Shown: positions 1 through 14,390, counted from the first letter of the stretch. The stretch is DNA of 64,000 nucleotides from Octopus bimaculoides (GCF_001194135.2 NC_068981.1:197011072-197075071), one strand, 5' to 3'. Made by a program: numbers and translations. The notes: generated by a model not told the origin, from the sequence alone.

Positions 1-513
1 TAACTGATCGGAAGTGTTATCATGAACATTGTTTTGTCTTGGTATAAAAAGATGGGCTACAGCAAATATTCTGCTCAATACCACAGATTTGCTTGTCAGT
101 TGTTTGACTGTAACCAGTTGAGCATGTCCCTTGGTGGCTGACGATATGTGCATCTCCGATCATGAGAAGAAGTGTGGGGGAGCATCATAGTCATGTGTTG
201 AGAGGAATCCTTTGGGGTTTGGAGAATTTCTCCTCTGGAAACATGGGTGTTTCATTCAACATCCTTAAACAACCCTTATTCAGGGACCTTTTGAGGGAGA
301 TGGGCTACTCGACCTGAAGAAAATTCTAACTGAGTTCCACCTACAAGGTCATGCGCTGTTTATCTTGATATGAGATCCCCATGTCACACACATATGGTTG
401 TGATGCATGTGCCTGGTGTACCTTTATCAGACAGGTAGTCATGATGGGTATAATGGGCTTCGTATATTTTACGCCAGTGTCACTTTGACGGCATGCACTG
501 CTCTCTCACTCAA
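1..513 (+). mobile_element. Retroelement 3' end ((TAA)n-tailed family), copy 1
   Basis: Closely similar to the reverse complement of 55926-56470; ends ...GCATGCACTGCTCTCTCACTCAA; (TAA)n tail at 719-750. Confidence 0.75.
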
Positions 514-718
514 CCTCGTCCCAATTTTTATCAACCTGGAAGTCAGGGCCAAACCAGACCCCAAGCAGTGTAAGTGGTCTGTAAGTCCAGCGTCTGATGG
601 CATCATCCTGCCTCTCCGATTTGTCGGCGTTGATCTTAGCCCCTGCAACCGACTCGTATTCCTTTAGGATGGTGCCGTCCGTCTCCACTTCGGAGGCGTC
701 TAAGACACTGCCCTCCCT
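514..718 (-). mobile_element. Tx1/L1-clade reverse transcriptase fragment
   Basis: ORF 506-688 reads LKEYESVAGAKINADKS...LLGVWFG, typical of the RT segment after YADD in L1/Tx1 ORF2. Confidence 0.65.
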
Positions 719-752
<34 letters not shown>

Positions 753-1928
753 GGAATTTGGTTGATTGACTCACCAAGAACTTGAAGGATCTAAACACGG
801 CGGTTACTTGGACGTGAACGATGTAAGGGAGATAACTCTGTTATAACAACCTTCACAGTTAAGACTACGTCACTTCAGAGTAGATAAAATGATGTGTGGA
901 CCGAAATATATTACTGGTATTCACAGAATGATTTAGCCTGGTCATGAGAGAGATGGGACACTATGGCCTTAACTGTGACATAAGTATGACCATGGGGAGG
1001 TCTGGAAGGGGGCTGTAATGTGTGCCTGGTGTGTGAGGGGTTTACTAATGACTGTGATGCGAATCTAATTATGATGGCAATGTTGTTTGTCATCGTCATC
1101 GGAGTCGTCACCATTTGTCCTTTAACGCCCACTTTTGCGAGCTTGTATGGGTCAGACAGAGTTCTTATCTGAGGTAAGTTGCCTGCCCTGATGCCAACCG
1201 TCAGCGGTTTGCAAGTGAAGGAGCATTTCTTCCTGGGCCAAACATGTTTAGTTGGAAATGAACAACACTGCTTGTGTGGTGGTGACACTTGTTTACAACA
1301 ATCACGCAATGTCAAGACACACACACACACGCATGCATATATGACAGGCTTCCTTCAGTTTCCACTCACAAGTCTTTCATCGACCTGAGAATACAGAAAG
1401 AGACGCTTGCCCAAGGTGCCATGCCGTGGAACTGAACCTGAAACCATGAGGCTGGAAAGCAAGCTTCTTAACCACTCAGCCATACACTTCCATCTTCTGG
1501 AATTTGTTGTGGTTCCACATCAGGAGACCTATCATCAAATGTGTTCCATCCATGACTATCCTGCCTCAGTCTAGGACTACATCATTTAGTGTGTCCTTCT
1601 TTATTTTAATAAAATAAGCTGTGATTTGAGGGAGATTTTTTAGTTATTTCTAGCATAGTCTCTCCTTCCTTGGCTCGATGATGATGATGATGATTATCAT
1701 TATTATTAAAAGGGTATGAGTGGTAGTAACAGTGTATATGTACAAGGTAGCAGTTCAGGAAGTAGTTGTAGTGTTAAAGAGGTAGTGTGGCACATGTGGT
1801 GTGGGTGAAGAGAGAGAGAGAGAGAGAGAGAGAGAGNNNNNNNNNNNNNNNNNNNNNNNNNNNNNNNNNNNNNNNNNNNNNNNNNNNNNNNNNNNNNNNN
1901 NNNNNNNNNNNNNNNNNNNNNNNNNNNN

Positions 1929-2012
<84 letters not shown>

Positions 2013-2060
2013 GAGAGAGAGAGAGGAGAGAGAGAGTGGAGAGAATCGAGTGCCACTCAC

Positions 2061-2143
2061 TGTTGTGGGTCATCCATTGGGTGAGGGATGATGATGAGAC
2101 GAGAGTTTGGAATGACAGACGTCCATTCACGGGTTTCACATTT
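2061..2143 (-). CDS. ITFG1: ITFG1 internal exon (last visible)
   Basis: [27 protein letters not shown]; phase 0-2, donor GTGAGT; the transmembrane/cytoplasmic exon(s) are not seen in 1-2060. Confidence 0.92.
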
Positions 2144-4002
2144 CTGCAAAAGACAAGAGAATTAATGGTCAGTCACACAAGACAACAGAACCAGGAAGAA
2201 GAAACGGTCAGTAGTTACACTGGGCGCCAAACTAGGCAGAACCGAACCCCAAAACCCCTTGGATGGAAAAACACCTTAAGCACAGACATGCCAGACCTGC
2301 TAATTATTACCATAGCTAATTGATTATCATAGTTGATTTATAATAATTATACTAGTATACTAACAGGCATAGGAGTGGCTGTGTGGTAAGTAGTTTGCTT
2401 ACCAAACACATGATTCCGGGTTCAGTCCCACTGCGTGTTACCTTGGGCAAGTGTCTTCTACTATAGCCTCGGGCCAAACAAAGCCTTGTGAGTGGATTTG
2501 GTAGACGGAAACTGTATGTATGTGTGTGTGTTTGTCCCCCCACCAACGCTTAACAACCGATGCTGGTTGTCAAGTGTTTACGTCCCCGTAACTTAGTGGT
2601 TCGGCAAAAAAGACCAGCTTGACTAGAAGTGGTGCTCTAGCATGGCTGCAGTCCAATGACTGAAACAAGTAAAAGAATAATCCTTCTTCAGGATCTCACC
2701 TAAAGAGAAAACCATTTAGCAGATTAGCCCAAAAAATCCCTCACCAACATACTACAAGCACACAGACGTACGTCATCTATTCCCTTGAACTAGTAATCTG
2801 CATATTACTCCTACCCAACCCAACTGATACACTCACCTCTTCTTTCCCTATGTCTTGACCATATCAAAAATAGACATGAAATTATGAAGTTTTGGCCTTA
2901 TTTTGGTTCTCTGAGGTCCACAGAAAATTTGAATCATTTCAAAATTATGTTCTTCAGATTCCATTCAATGTAAAATTAACAAGTGATAGTTTATTTTCGT
3001 ATTTTTAACACTGAAATTTAGCTTTCAGAAAAAAAAAGGAACAGAAAAAAACCCAGCTCATCTTTGATATCAGTTCAAATTTTGTTCATTGTTCCAATGA
3101 CATTGTATGTATAAAAATTTGTGAGGAATGATTTTCGTCTTGCAAGGTACTTGGTAACCCTGTCAGTACTGGTGCCACTTAGAAGCATCAAGCCCACACT
3201 GTAAAGTGGTTGGTGTTTGGAAGGGCATCCAGCTGTAAAAACCATGCCAAAACAGTCACTGAAGTCTGGTACAGGCTTCGGCCTGGCCGGCTCCTGTCAA
3301 ACCGTTCCACCCATGCCAGCATGGAAGGTGGATGTTAAGCAACCATGATGATGATGATTACAAGAGAAGCCAAATTATAGAAGCTTAAATAAAGAGAGGG
3401 ATCACCCACCCTGACCCTCTCTTATCAGCATCAGCATCATGATGTAACATCCATTTTCCCTGCAGGAGTCAGATGGTTTGACAGGGGCTGGCCAAGTGGA
3501 AGGGCTGCACCAGGCTCCAATTGTCTGTTATGGCAGAGTTTCTACAGCTGGATGCCTTTCCTAATGCCAACCACTTTACAAAGGGAACTGGGAGCTTTTT
3601 ATGTGGTGCCAGCACCATTGCTTTTAATGTTGCACAAAGATGGGCACCAGCGCCAGAGCTTTTTACTTGTTAGCCATGTAAGCTCCATGCCAACATGCAA
3701 CATGGATGTTAAATGGTGATGTATCAAATACGCTCCTACTGAAAACTAGATGACCTGACATCAAACAACAACAACAATAATAACAATGGTTTCAAATTTT
3801 GCTACAAGGGCAGTAATTTTGGCGGAGTGGTTAAGTCAATTACATCGACCCCAATATTCAACTGGTACTTAATTTATCGACCTCAAAAGGACAAAAGGCA
3901 AAATCAACCTCAGCGGAATTTGAACTCAGAATGTAATGACAAATGAAATACCGCTAAGCATTTTGTCTAGCGTACTAACGATTCTGCCAGCTCGCTGCCT
4001 TC

Positions 4003-4037
<35 letters not shown>

Positions 4038-6038
4038 GAGTAAGAAGGTATTCTACTAACGTCCTTGGGGTAGCAGGCAATACCAACTTTGAGATTGTCA
4101 ATGTAGTTTGGTGATTGACCGAGTCCAAATACAGTGTAAGGCAGTTGCAGTGAATAGTGAGCTGACTGACTCAGTTGGGTTGCTGAAAAACACAAAAGAG
4201 AAAGAGATGGATGGATGGATAGATAGATAGATAGGTAAGTAGGTAGGTAGGTTGGTAGGTAGACAGACAGACATAGACAGACATAGACAGAGATAGACAG
4301 ATAGATAGATAGATAAAGAGGTAGAGATAGATAATTTTCTTTATTAGCGACACAGGGTCAAACACGGAAGGGACAAAATACAATGTAGAGCTTTTCTTTT
4401 CAAAAAACAGAAAAATAAAAAATTTCCGATCAAAAGGGATCGTGAGAAAAAAAACGCAATCAAAAGGGATCGTGTATCACAGAAAAATTTTAAAAGTGTA
4501 AAAAGCAAGATCAGGTTTATCCGTGGAAAGAAAAGCCTACGGAAAAGACCACGGTAACCTCAGGCAGGGAAGGAATAAACACATGAGAGCAAAGTGCTAT
4601 CTCTCTCTCTCTTTTGGATTTACAGGATCATGCTCAAAGTGGTTTCATCACTCGCACGCACCATCTTTGCTACATTCACCCACCTTTTTTTGAAACTTTC
4701 ACGAGACAAAACCTGCCTCTCCATTCTCACCTTCCTTTTCAAGTGGTACTTGAAAAAGTTGATGAGTGATTGGCCACAGAGGTAAGTGTTTGTCTCTAAT
4801 CCTTTCGCTCGAGTCCACCACACACATTCTTTCACCATGGCCACCAGTACGATGAAGACTGCCTTGCCTTCCCGGTGTGTGTGCGTGTGTCTCCTTGTCT
4901 TGACACAATGTGATAGTTGTAAAATGATTGTCATGCAAACAGCATCGGTCATTTCCTTCTGTGAAAATATATCTGGCCGAGGACAAATATTACTTTGCTT
5001 GGAAACAACTACCAAATAAATTCCTACCACAACCACTTAGACATTGAGTGTGTTACACACCTGGCTCTATAAACATGATGGGGATTACACACATAAGGAA
5101 ATAAGTGGGGGGTGGTTTCCACATGTATGTGTAAAGTGTTGGGGGTGGTTACATGGATTTGAAAGAGTGGAGGGTTACACAGGAGTAAATAAGAAAACTG
5201 GGAAGAGTCTACACATAAAGTGGTTTTGATTATTTCAATTTAATCTCTAAAGCATAATTTGCTTACTTTGTACAAAATCAAGGTGGAGGCGCAATGGCCG
5301 AGTGGTTAGGGCAGCGGACTCGCAGTCATAGGATCAAAGTTTCGATTCCCAGACCGGGCGTTGTGAGTGTTTATTGAGCGAAAACACCTAAAGCTCCACG
5401 AAGCTCCGGCAGGGGTTGGTGGCGAACCCTGCTGTACTCTTTCACCACAACTTTCTCTCACTCTTACTTCCTGTTTCTGTTGTGCCTGTAATGCAAAAGG
5501 GTCAGCCTTGTCACACTGTGTCACGCTGAATATCCCCCGAGAACTACGCTAAGGGTACACGTGTCTGTGGAGTGCTCAGCCACTTGNNNNNNNNNNNNNN
5601 NNNNNNNNNNNNNNNNNNNNNNNNNNNNNNNNNNNNNNNNNNNNNNNNNNNNNNNNNNNNNNNNNNNNNNNNNNNNNNNNNNNNNNNNNNNNNNNNNNNN
5701 NNNNNNNNNNNNNNNNNNNNNNNNNNNNNNNNNNNNNNNNNNNNNNNNNNNNNNNNNNNNNNNNNNNNNNNNNNNNNNNNNNNNNNNNNNNNNNNNNNNN
5801 NNNNNNNNNNNNNNNNNNNNNNNNNNNNNNNNNNNNNNNNNNNNNNNNNNNNNNNNNNNNNNNNNNNNNNNNNNNNNNNNNNNNNNNNNNNNNNNNNNNN
5901 NNNNNNNNNNNNNNNNNNNNNNNNNNNNNNNNNNNNNNNNNNNNNNNNNNNNNNNNNNNNCCGGCTGGTTGGTGCCATAGGGCTGCGGAAAAAATGCAAC
6001 GGTCAAATATGATATCAGGAAACAACTACAACACTCAT

Positions 6039-6092
<54 letters not shown>

Positions 6093-8073
6093 TCAAACAT
6101 TCACATACACATTTACACGCACACACTGACATTTATAAATACACACACACACATAAACACACTCAAATACATTCAGACATTAAAACACACACAAGCATGC
6201 ATTCTCACACACACACAATTTACAAACACACTCATTTACACATACATACACACATGCACACACATACATTCACAAACAGACATTAAAACATACACACATT
6301 TACAGACACTCACTCGGACATTTACACATACATACATATGCACACACACACAGATACATTCACACATACATACATACGCACACACACACACACATACACA
6401 CACAGTAGTTATTGTTTCGGTGCCCACAATTCCACCAGACAGCGATGGTATTGGTCATCCTTCTCAGACCCATCCCTCAGGGACGTCCATACGTATACAT
6501 GGTCCAAACAACAACTGACCAACCTACCACAAACACACACACACACAGGGGCCACAGTCAATTACATTGATTCCAGTATACAACTGGTACATCAAAAGGG
6601 CCTTGGTAGGATTCAAACTGCCATGAGCAAACAGCACAAAGCAAGCTGTCGGATGCTCTCCCGATTTTTCTCAATCCACCACGACCACCACCAATGATAT
6701 AAATAAATGGTCAAACTTACCGCCACGTTACAGTCTTCTCCACACAGACCACTGACCACTGAAAGAAGACAACAGAAAATTTGGTCAAACTCAACATAAT
6801 GTGTGAGTGTGTGCAGGTGTGTATAAGTGGGTATATGTGGGCCTGGGTTTGTACCTGAGATTGTATGTGTGTGCGTGTGTATAGGTGTGCATGTGTGTGT
6901 GTATATGTAGGTGAGTGAATGTAAGTTTGTGTGTTATAATGTGGATCCTCTTCCACTTGCTGTCGGCACTGGAATGTTCTTGCTGTTACTATTATGTCAT
7001 GGCAAGATTTTGTGTCTTATTATCTTTGACTCGTCTCCATCATGCAATCGCTGATAACTCCACAAGACAATGACTACGAATGTCTGCTTTGACGGTTAAC
7101 TTGAAATATATGTCACTGACTGGCTCCCCGTGCCGGTGGCACGTAAAAGGCACCTTCCGAACATGGTCAATGCCAGCAGAACCTGACTGGCTCCCATACC
7201 AGTGGTATGTAAAAAGCACCATCCGAACAAGGTTGATGCCAGCCCCCTCACCCCGTCTGGTTCCTGTGCTGGTGACACGTAAAAATCACCCATTACACTC
7301 TCGGAGTAGTTGGTGTTAGGAAGGGTATCCAGCTGTAGAAACATTGCCAGATCAGATTGGAGCCTGGTGCAGCCATCGACCACATTCATATGGTGCTTTT
7401 TACATGCCACCAGCACAGGAGCCAGTCAGAGGGCACTGGCCCCAGCTACGATATTGGTTTTACTTGACTCAACAGGTCTTCTCAAGCATATCATATTGCC
7501 CAACGCATGTATGTATGGCACCAGATCCCATCATGTCTACTCTCCACCCCAACTGGTTCTGTAATCTCTCTCCCTCCCTCAAAACTTCACCTTAAACAGA
7601 AAGGAGGACCCTTAAGAAGCAATGACAGAAAAATCTCTCATTCAAAACGATTTACTAAAATATAAAACAAACAAAAAAAACAGTTGTTGGGTGAAGTATC
7701 AACCACATCCCTCTGGAGCAGTCCGGAATGGTTATGGACAGTTTCACATCCCTCCAAGGCGAATTGGAAAAAGAAATTTAAACACATATTACCTTCTTTT
7801 TTTATTCACTAAATGGTTGCATCCTTCTGCTTTTATAACATGTATCTGCTCATACAAATGCTTCAATTTGTAGGTCCTTCAAACCCACAGTAATAAATAA
7901 GAAAAAGGGGATAATATCACATGTGAAACAATCAGAACTTACCCATCACTTTCAAAAAATAAGCATCTTCAAGAAATTTGTTCTTGAAGGTCTGAAGTTT
8001 GGTTTTGCTGTCTGTCTGTCTTGAAGTGATGAAGACATCCAATACACCCTGAATAGCAATATATGGAATAAAC

Positions 8074-8108
<35 letters not shown>

Positions 8109-11100
8109 TAATAATTTAGGCACATCATCATCATTTAACATCCACTTTTCCATGCTTACGTTTTTGATGCAGATTTTTGTATGGTTGGCTGCCCTTCCTG
8201 TCACCAAGCATGAGCTGTTTCCAAGCAAGGTTCCAGACATGTCTCAGAAGACTGGGAACAAAGGACACTGCTTGCATGACGGTAACACTTGATTACAACT
8301 GTCAAGTGATGTCAAGGCAAGGAAACAGTAACATGCACACACGCACACACTGTGAGGCAACAATTCAGCACCTGACAATTCGGTGCCTGACAATTCGGTG
8401 CCTGACAATTCGGTGCAGGGCATCATATTGAAATTAGGTAACCGTTATTTTGGGGATGGAAAAAAAAAAACAAGATGAAAAATTTCAATTATTTATTTAA
8501 AAACATGTAAAAATAAAAAATACAAAAAGAATTGAAAATGCTAAATTATATTCTTTGAACCAGTAGTTAATTAAATTTTCATTGGAGATTCAAAAGGTGT
8601 AGTTATCGTTTCATATGGGCGTGTGTATGTTTATGTTTTTTTGCTGGTGTTTTTGTTTCATGTATACGTATGATTTTTGCTTATGTAGAGTTAATCTATT
8701 GTATGACTGCTGTGTTTGCAGGTCACATGTGCAAGTGTTTTAGATATACAGCCAACACCAATATAATGTAATAAAAAAAATTACATATGTCAGATGCGTG
8801 GAATTGTCTTGGCACTGAATTGTCAGTGCAGAATTGTTGGTATAGATTCACACACACATGCTTCTTTCAGTTTCCATCTACAAAATCCACTCACAAGCCT
8901 TTGTTCAGCCTGAGGCATTAGCAGAAGACATTCACACAAGGTGCCACACAGTGGGATTGAACCCAGAACCATCTAGCGACACCTGCATCTGACAATAACA
9001 ATTTCTAACAGCAACACAATGGAATGACAAGGGGGGAAGATCAACTGAATTTAACTGCCAACCCCCAGTTCACCACTGATACTAGAGGATCTCAATGACC
9101 ACCTAGAAACAGCAGTAACTCTTCCTCAAACCACGACACACTGTCCTTAGTCAAACACAGGACTGACACATCAGACAAATATTTTCCCCACATACTCCTG
9201 AAACGATGAGGTGGTTGTGGTTAGAATGTTTGGATCTTTTTTAAAACGGGGGCCACAGTTTTCATTAATGTTTTACGTAGTGTTTTTGGTACCGAAAGAC
9301 TTTCAAACTTCGTAAACTTATCTATTTTGTGTTATAGAACAGAAAAATATTTTTGTATTCGAATTTATTTCATGTAAAAAATTGTCTTATTTCGATAATT
9401 TCAACCAATCACTGACAAGTATTCAGTTGTTTATATTTACTCCTTTGGCTCATTAAGCGATGTAAAGCGTATTTAATCTCCATACCTTCGTTTTATTTGC
9501 TTTTTTCATTTTAAATTTGCTTTAACCCTAACCCTAACCCTAGGGTTAGGGTTAGGGTTAGGGTTAATTGTTTCAGAATCGTTTGTTTATGTAGTCGGCA
9601 CTTAATGTATATCGGCTGAATGGACGTCAGTGATTGGTTGAAATTACAGAAATACGACAACTTTAACATGGAATAACTTATGGATTTCTTTTTTTTTTAA
9701 GAAGACTAAGAGAAAAAGATGTTTTATATGACACATTCTACCAGTGTTCCAAGTTTCAAAGTGTTTCGTTAATGAAAAATGTGGCCCCCGTTTTAAAAAA
9801 GATCCGAATGTTTTACTTACATCTTCATCGATGTCAAAAAAGGCGGCCAAAAAGGCAGATCCTGTTGGTTGGGTGAACGAAGCTTTGTAATCGATACTGA
9901 AGGTTCGGGTGAAATTGTCCTGCGTAAAAGCTACGTTCTTCAGTAAAAACACCTTCTGGGTGTGATTCCTGCAACAGACAAGAAAAAGGGTTCAAACTTT
10001 TACAGTAATATTCCTCTCTGCTTCATTCTGCTTTCTTTCTCACTCTAGATATCAATCTTTCACGTCTGTTTTCTGTGCTGGCATGGGTTGGACAGTTTGA
10101 CAGGAGGTGGCAAACCAGAGAGTTACACCAAGCTCCATTTGTCTGTTTTGGCTCAGCTTCTATGGCTCAATGCCCTTCCTTAATGCCAACCACTTTACAG
10201 AGTGTACACCAGATGCTTTTTACATGGCACCAGCACCAGTGCCTTTACATGGCACATTGTGTGTGTGTGTGCGCATATGACTCAGGTGATTGGTGATTTG
10301 TTATGCTTGAGAAGACCCATCCAGGTAAGTAAAACCAAGACCCTAAAAGCATGTTGCCTATGTCCATGGCCCTGCACACAATCTGTCCACGATAAACCTC
10401 TCCGTTCACCTCCCCACTCGCTGTATTCCCCTCCCCTCGAATTCCCATGCTCCCTTTGTACCCTTGCACACAATGTGTCCCTATCAAATCTCTTCCTCAC
10501 AACATATCCTCCTAAGACCTCCCCCTCCCTCTATTTTTATCCAATCGCTACAACTCCTCCCACCTCCTGTTCTCCTTTCACCCTCCCCAATCCTTCATTC
10601 TACTTCCCTATATACATTTCCTTCTAACTTCAGTAAACACCTCCCCTGCCCCACTAGTCACCACTGGCAACAACTATGAGTAGGATTCCAATTGGCTTCT
10701 CAAGCACAACATATCACCTAAGGTCTCAGTCACTGGTCATCACCTTTCTAATGTCCAACGTTTGAAGACCATGCTTCACCAACTCATCCATGCACATCAC
10801 ATGACCATACCAGTGCAGTTTTCTCTCTTGCACCACCACATCTCAGGCCTCTTACGCCCAGCTTTTCTCTCAAGACACTTACACTCTGTCGTACATGCAC
10901 ACTGACATTGCACATCCATCAGAGCATACTGGCTTCATTTCTGTCAATCTTTCACATGTCTTCTGCAGTTACAGCCCACGTTTCACAGCCATGTAGCATG
11001 GCTGTTTGCAAACAGACATCATACAATTTGCCTTCCACTCTGAGGGAGAGGCCCTTAGTTATCAACAAAGGTACAAAACTCTCTGAACTTTGCCCGGCCT

Positions 11101-13850
11101 ATTCTTATTCTAACAGCTACACTCTCAGAGCATCCACCTCCACTGCTGACCTGGTCACCCAGATAATGGAAGCTATCAACTACTTGGCATTTGATGAAGT
11201 ATATTTTCTGTACATTCCTAGTGTCTATTGTACCTGTGCATCTGCCACACACAAAGACTAATTTCTCTGTTAACCTTCCTTTGATATTGCTGCACCTCTT
11301 ATGTGTCCATAGCTTACGCCAGGTACATCTTATGGAATTTCTACCTATGCCTTTTCTACACATCAAGCAGGGCCATCTATCAGAAGGGATTTGTGAGCTG
11401 TCCACTTTCTTACTTACTAAGACTTTGGTTTTTGCTAAATTAACTCTAAGGCTTTTGGATTCTTGACCTTGCCTCCACACCTGAAATTTCTTCTCCAGTT
11501 CTGGTAGTGATTCAGCCATAAGAGCAAGGTCATCAGTATAGAGGAGCTCCCAGGGGCATCCTGTCTTAAATTTCTGTTATTGCCTGGAGGACTATGATGA
11601 ACAAGAGGGGGTCTGAGGACTGATCCTTGGTAAATCTCCTCGCTCAATACTAGTCCCCCACCCTCAGTTGAAGAGGAGGAGGGTGGGGGAGTTCTTGGCT
11701 TGTAAGTTAGTTGGAGAATTCACTGCTGCCAGTGCCACTAAAACAACAACACCTCATTCACTTGTTACACCCATGAAGTGTAACATCCATCAGGTTACAG
11801 TCAATTTACTCAAGCATATGACCTCTGATAGCCTGAAGGCCACTCACTCACACACGCCTGTAACATCTTGCAAATGAGAGCCACATAAAACATCCACCCA
11901 CCCCCCAATCTTTACAATGCCCCATGCTTTTGCTAAGAAATCCATTGAAGGAATCTGTTACTTACTGGTTTATGAGGACAGTTAATAAATCTGGATATCC
12001 ATCAAGGTTGTAATCACCAGCACGCAGAGTAATTGGAGGTTTGACAAGTTTGTCAGCATTTTCAGGAAGAACAAACCTCCATTGTGCCTGAGCAAAGTCA
12101 ACAGACAGATTGTGCCACTGTACCAAAGATAGAAAAAAAAATTAGGCAAATATTAAACAATTTATCATAATATTACTAATTGTACATCATTTAATTAATG
12201 ATTTCTAACACAGGCTACACATAAGGATGGGGAGGAGGTGTTGATTTAATGAACCTCAGTATATGACTGGTACACACTTGATTCAACACCAGAAATATGA
12301 TAAAAATCAACCTCTACAGAATGAAGTCAAACAAGGGATGTAATAACACAACATATTTCATTCATTGCTCCACCGATTTTATCAAAATCATCATCATCGT
12401 TTAAAGTCCGCCTTCCATGCTGGCATGGGTGGAACAGTTTAACAGGAGCCGGCCAGGCAGAAAGAAGCCTGCACCAGACTTCTGTGTTTGTTTTGGCAGG
12501 ATTTTTACAGCTGGATGCCCTTCCTAACACCAACAACCCCAGCAGAGTAGACCGAGTGCTTATTACATGGCACAAGCACAGGCGGGGTCAGTTTTGACAG
12601 GGTTTTTACAGCTGTATTCCCTTCCTAACGCCAACCACTTTACAATGTGGACTGGATGTTTTTTAAGTGACACCTGCACTCACAGGGTCACCAAGTACTT
12701 TGCAAAACAAAAAAGAATTTAAATAGTAACGTTATCTGCATTTATTGCATGGGTTGGCTGGTTCCACAGAATCCGACAGGCAAATGGGTTGTGTATTGCC
12801 TGTCTGCTTGCATTGATCGCATGGTTGATAGATCTTTGAAGGGAGACAACTCAAACATTTTTACAAAGGGAGACTACCAAACGAAAATGTTATTTCCCTT
12901 CTACTAACAAAAAAAAAAAATAGAAGTGCATCTTGGAATTAGAACCTTCATCCGGTCAAGCTTTAACAGACGCCATTCCAGTCTTGCGTTAATTGAGCAA
13001 AGTCTTCAAGGAGACATCCAATGTCTCCGGTCAGTCGATCTCCATACGCTGTGTTCGGACAACCTGCTTCAGTATGTCCATGAGTTGGCAGGCGGCGGCG
13101 TGGTTGGAGAACAAACTACTTACCACACAGCCATGCCTGGTTGAATCGTTCGAGGGCCAGGAAAAAACACCTGGCAGTGNNNNNNNNNNNNNNNNNNNNN
13201 NNNNNNNNNNNNNNNNNNNNNNNNNNNNNNNNNNNNNNNNNNNNNNNNNNNNNNNNNNNNNNNNNNNNNNNNNNNNNNNNNNNNNNNNNNNNNNNNNNNN
13301 NNNNNNNNNNNNNNNNNNNNNNNNNNNNNNNNNNNNNNNNNNNNNNNNNNNNNNNNNNNNNNNNNNNNNNNNNNNNNNNNNNNNNNNNNNNNNNNNNNNN
13401 NNNNNNNNNNNNNNNNNNNNNNNNNNNNNNNNNNNNNNNNNNNNNNNNNNNNNNNNNNNNNNNNNNNNNNNNNNNNNNNNNNNNNNNNNNNNNNNNNNNN
13501 NNNNNNNNNNNNNNNNNNNNNNNNNNNNNNNNNNNNNNNNNAGAGTTAATATAATCAACTAACCCTCATTCCTCTCTCCAGAATTGCTGGCCTTGTGCCA
13601 AAATTTGAAATTATCATCATTATTATTGTGAAGGCAGTGAGCTGGCTGAACCGTTAGTACGTCAGGCAAAATGCATTGTGGCATTTCAACAGTCTTTACA
13701 TTCTGAGTTCAAGTTCTGCCAAGGTCGACTTTGCCTTTCATCCTTTTGAGGTCAATAAATTAAGTACCAGTTGTGTACTGAGGTCAATCTAACCAAGTGC
13801 CCCCCCCCCACCTTCCCAAAAATTTCAGGCCTTGTGCCTAGAGTAGAAAA

Positions 13851-13883
<33 letters not shown>

Positions 13884-14390
13884 CAAAGCAAGCCAGCTGG
13901 TAGAATCATTAAGATGTCAGGCAAAATGCTTACTGGCATTTTGTCCTCCTTTATGTTCTGTGTTCAAATTCTGCCAAGGATGATTTTTGTCTTTTAGCCT
14001 TTTGGAGTTGATGAAATAAGTACCAGTTATGCACTGGTGAACAATGAAATTGACTTGCTCTCTCCCTCCTAAAATTTCAGGCTTTGAGTGGGTGTCGAGC
14101 AAAGTAAAACCAGAGGATGAAAAAGAGTTGTGCCTATAGCACAATAGGATTATTATTATTATTATTATCATTATTCAGGTGGTGAGCTGGCAGAATCGTT
14201 AGCATGCTGGGTGAAATGCTTAGCAGTATTTCATCTGCTGCTACGTTCCGAGTTCAAATTCTGCCTAGGTTGACTTTGGCTTTCATCCTTTCGGAGTCAA
14301 TAAATTAAGTACCAGCTGTGTACTGGAGTCAATCTAATTGACTGGCCTCCATCTCCCAAAATAACAGGCCTTGTACCTATAGCAGAAGGG

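Noticed and set aside
313-345. CTGAAGA here and at about 33812 as further hammerheads
   Set aside because: No stem II and GAAA follow at a suitable distance
514-4900. The two Tx1/L1 fragments as one disrupted element
   Set aside because: On the minus strand the C-terminal piece lies upstream of the RT piece, which is the wrong order, and ITFG1 exons intervene
8360-8840. Possible transposon with subterminal tandem repeats (CCTGACAATTCGGTG x3 and inverted degenerate copies)
   Set aside because: Termini and TSD could not be defined with confidence
9523-9566. Relic of a chromosome end-to-end fusion
   Set aside because: Only 7 repeat units, and they sit inside an element with TIRs and a TSD, so they arrived by transposition
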